Part shown: positions 63,533 to 64,000 of the stretch, in pieces
How positions within the stretch are numbered: position 1 is the first letter of the stretch
How the letters are laid out: the number at the start of each line of letters is the position of its first letter
Assembly: GCA_035286045.1 (NCBI GenBank)
Contig: JAYKIG010000038.1
Span: forward strand, 11,810 to 75,809
Source of the DNA: Cyanobacteriota bacterium
Lineage (GTDB): Bacteria > Cyanobacteriota > Cyanobacteriia > PCC-6307 > Cyanobiaceae
Reading direction: 5' to 3'
Length of the DNA stretch: 64,000 bases
Program-made: the position numbers and the translations under genes
Notes under the pieces: generated by a model
What the model saw: only the letters and a program-made list of their open reading frames with translations
The model's database searches: none
Told to the model about the DNA's origin: nothing

Positions 63533-64000
63533 TCACGACATGGGCCAGGCTCCCGGGGGAGGCGTTTCTCCTCCGGCCGTTTCCAGGGTTCGGTGCCCGA
63601 TGGAACTGGAATCCTGAAGGTTGTAACGCAGTCGATCGGAAAGATCTTCCCCAATCAGGGTGAGGGAGGCGTACACCAGCACCAGAGCGAGAAGTTGGTC
63701 CCAGGCAAACGCCGTGAGACTCTCCATTAGCTGCGTGCCAAGCCCTGTAGATCCCACCAGGCCCACTACAACGGTTTCGCGGAGCATCACATCCGTCCTG
63801 TAAGCCCCATAGGCCAGATAGGACCGTGCCACTGTGCTGAAGGAGCCATAGAGGAGCGCCAGGCGTGAGCCTGTTCCCATTCCTTCGAGTGCCTCCCGGG
63901 CTCCTGGCGGTGCCTCCTCGACGGCTTCCAGCAACAGACGCCCGAGGATGCCGGAATTATGGAAACCAATGGCCATGGCTGCCGTCAGCAGGCCGGGTTG
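63533..64000 (-). CDS. phnE: phosphonate/phosphite ABC permease PhnE-like (5' part outside window)
   Basis: AIGFHNSGILGRLLLEAVE, YR.DV.LRETVVVGLVGSTGLG, PhnE/PtxC C-terminal pattern. Confidence 0.8.
   Translation of the reverse strand, partial: QPGLLTAAMAIGFHNSGILGRLLLEAVEEAPPGAREALEGMGTGSRLALLYGSFSTVARSYLAYGAYRTDVMLRETVVVGLVGSTGLGTQLMESLTAFAWDQLLALVLVYASLTLIGEDLSDRLRYNLQDSSSIGHRTLETAGGETPPPGAWPMS

Overview
This is a GC-rich picocyanobacterial (Cyanobium/Synechococcus-like) chromosomal segment. About 1-37.7 kb is core housekeeping: pheT (partial), rpmG, rpsR, rnb, metG, lptC, ccb4, psb32, pxcA, cobU, trmL, tRNA-Met, a 2-Cys peroxiredoxin, purQS, a cobalamin riboswitch-hupE-cobW unit, upp, ilvD, pgl, gnd, glgC, hemA, glpX, rpe, ccsB, lptF/G-lptB-lptA, typA and chlP. 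GC content drops markedly from about 30 to 39.6 kb. About 37.7-54.3 kb is a nutrient/accessory patch. It holds corA, pstS, a ptrA-like Crp, phoB-phoR, and a translationally coupled but highly divergent ExbB-ExbD-ExbD-TonB-like motor operon with no receptor in the window. It also holds cysK, an intact second PII (glnK-like) behind an amtB collapsed to a 331-bp relic, arsS, several small proteins, a 6S-RNA-like structured element, a multiply disrupted pseudogene and a GT61. The window ends with mfd, a Zn-ribbon/HExxH membrane protein, gap1, a TerB-like gene, a eukaryote-type cyclophilin and partial phnE. I saw no CRISPR array, transposase or integrase. All assignments come from motif recognition by eye; no searches were run.
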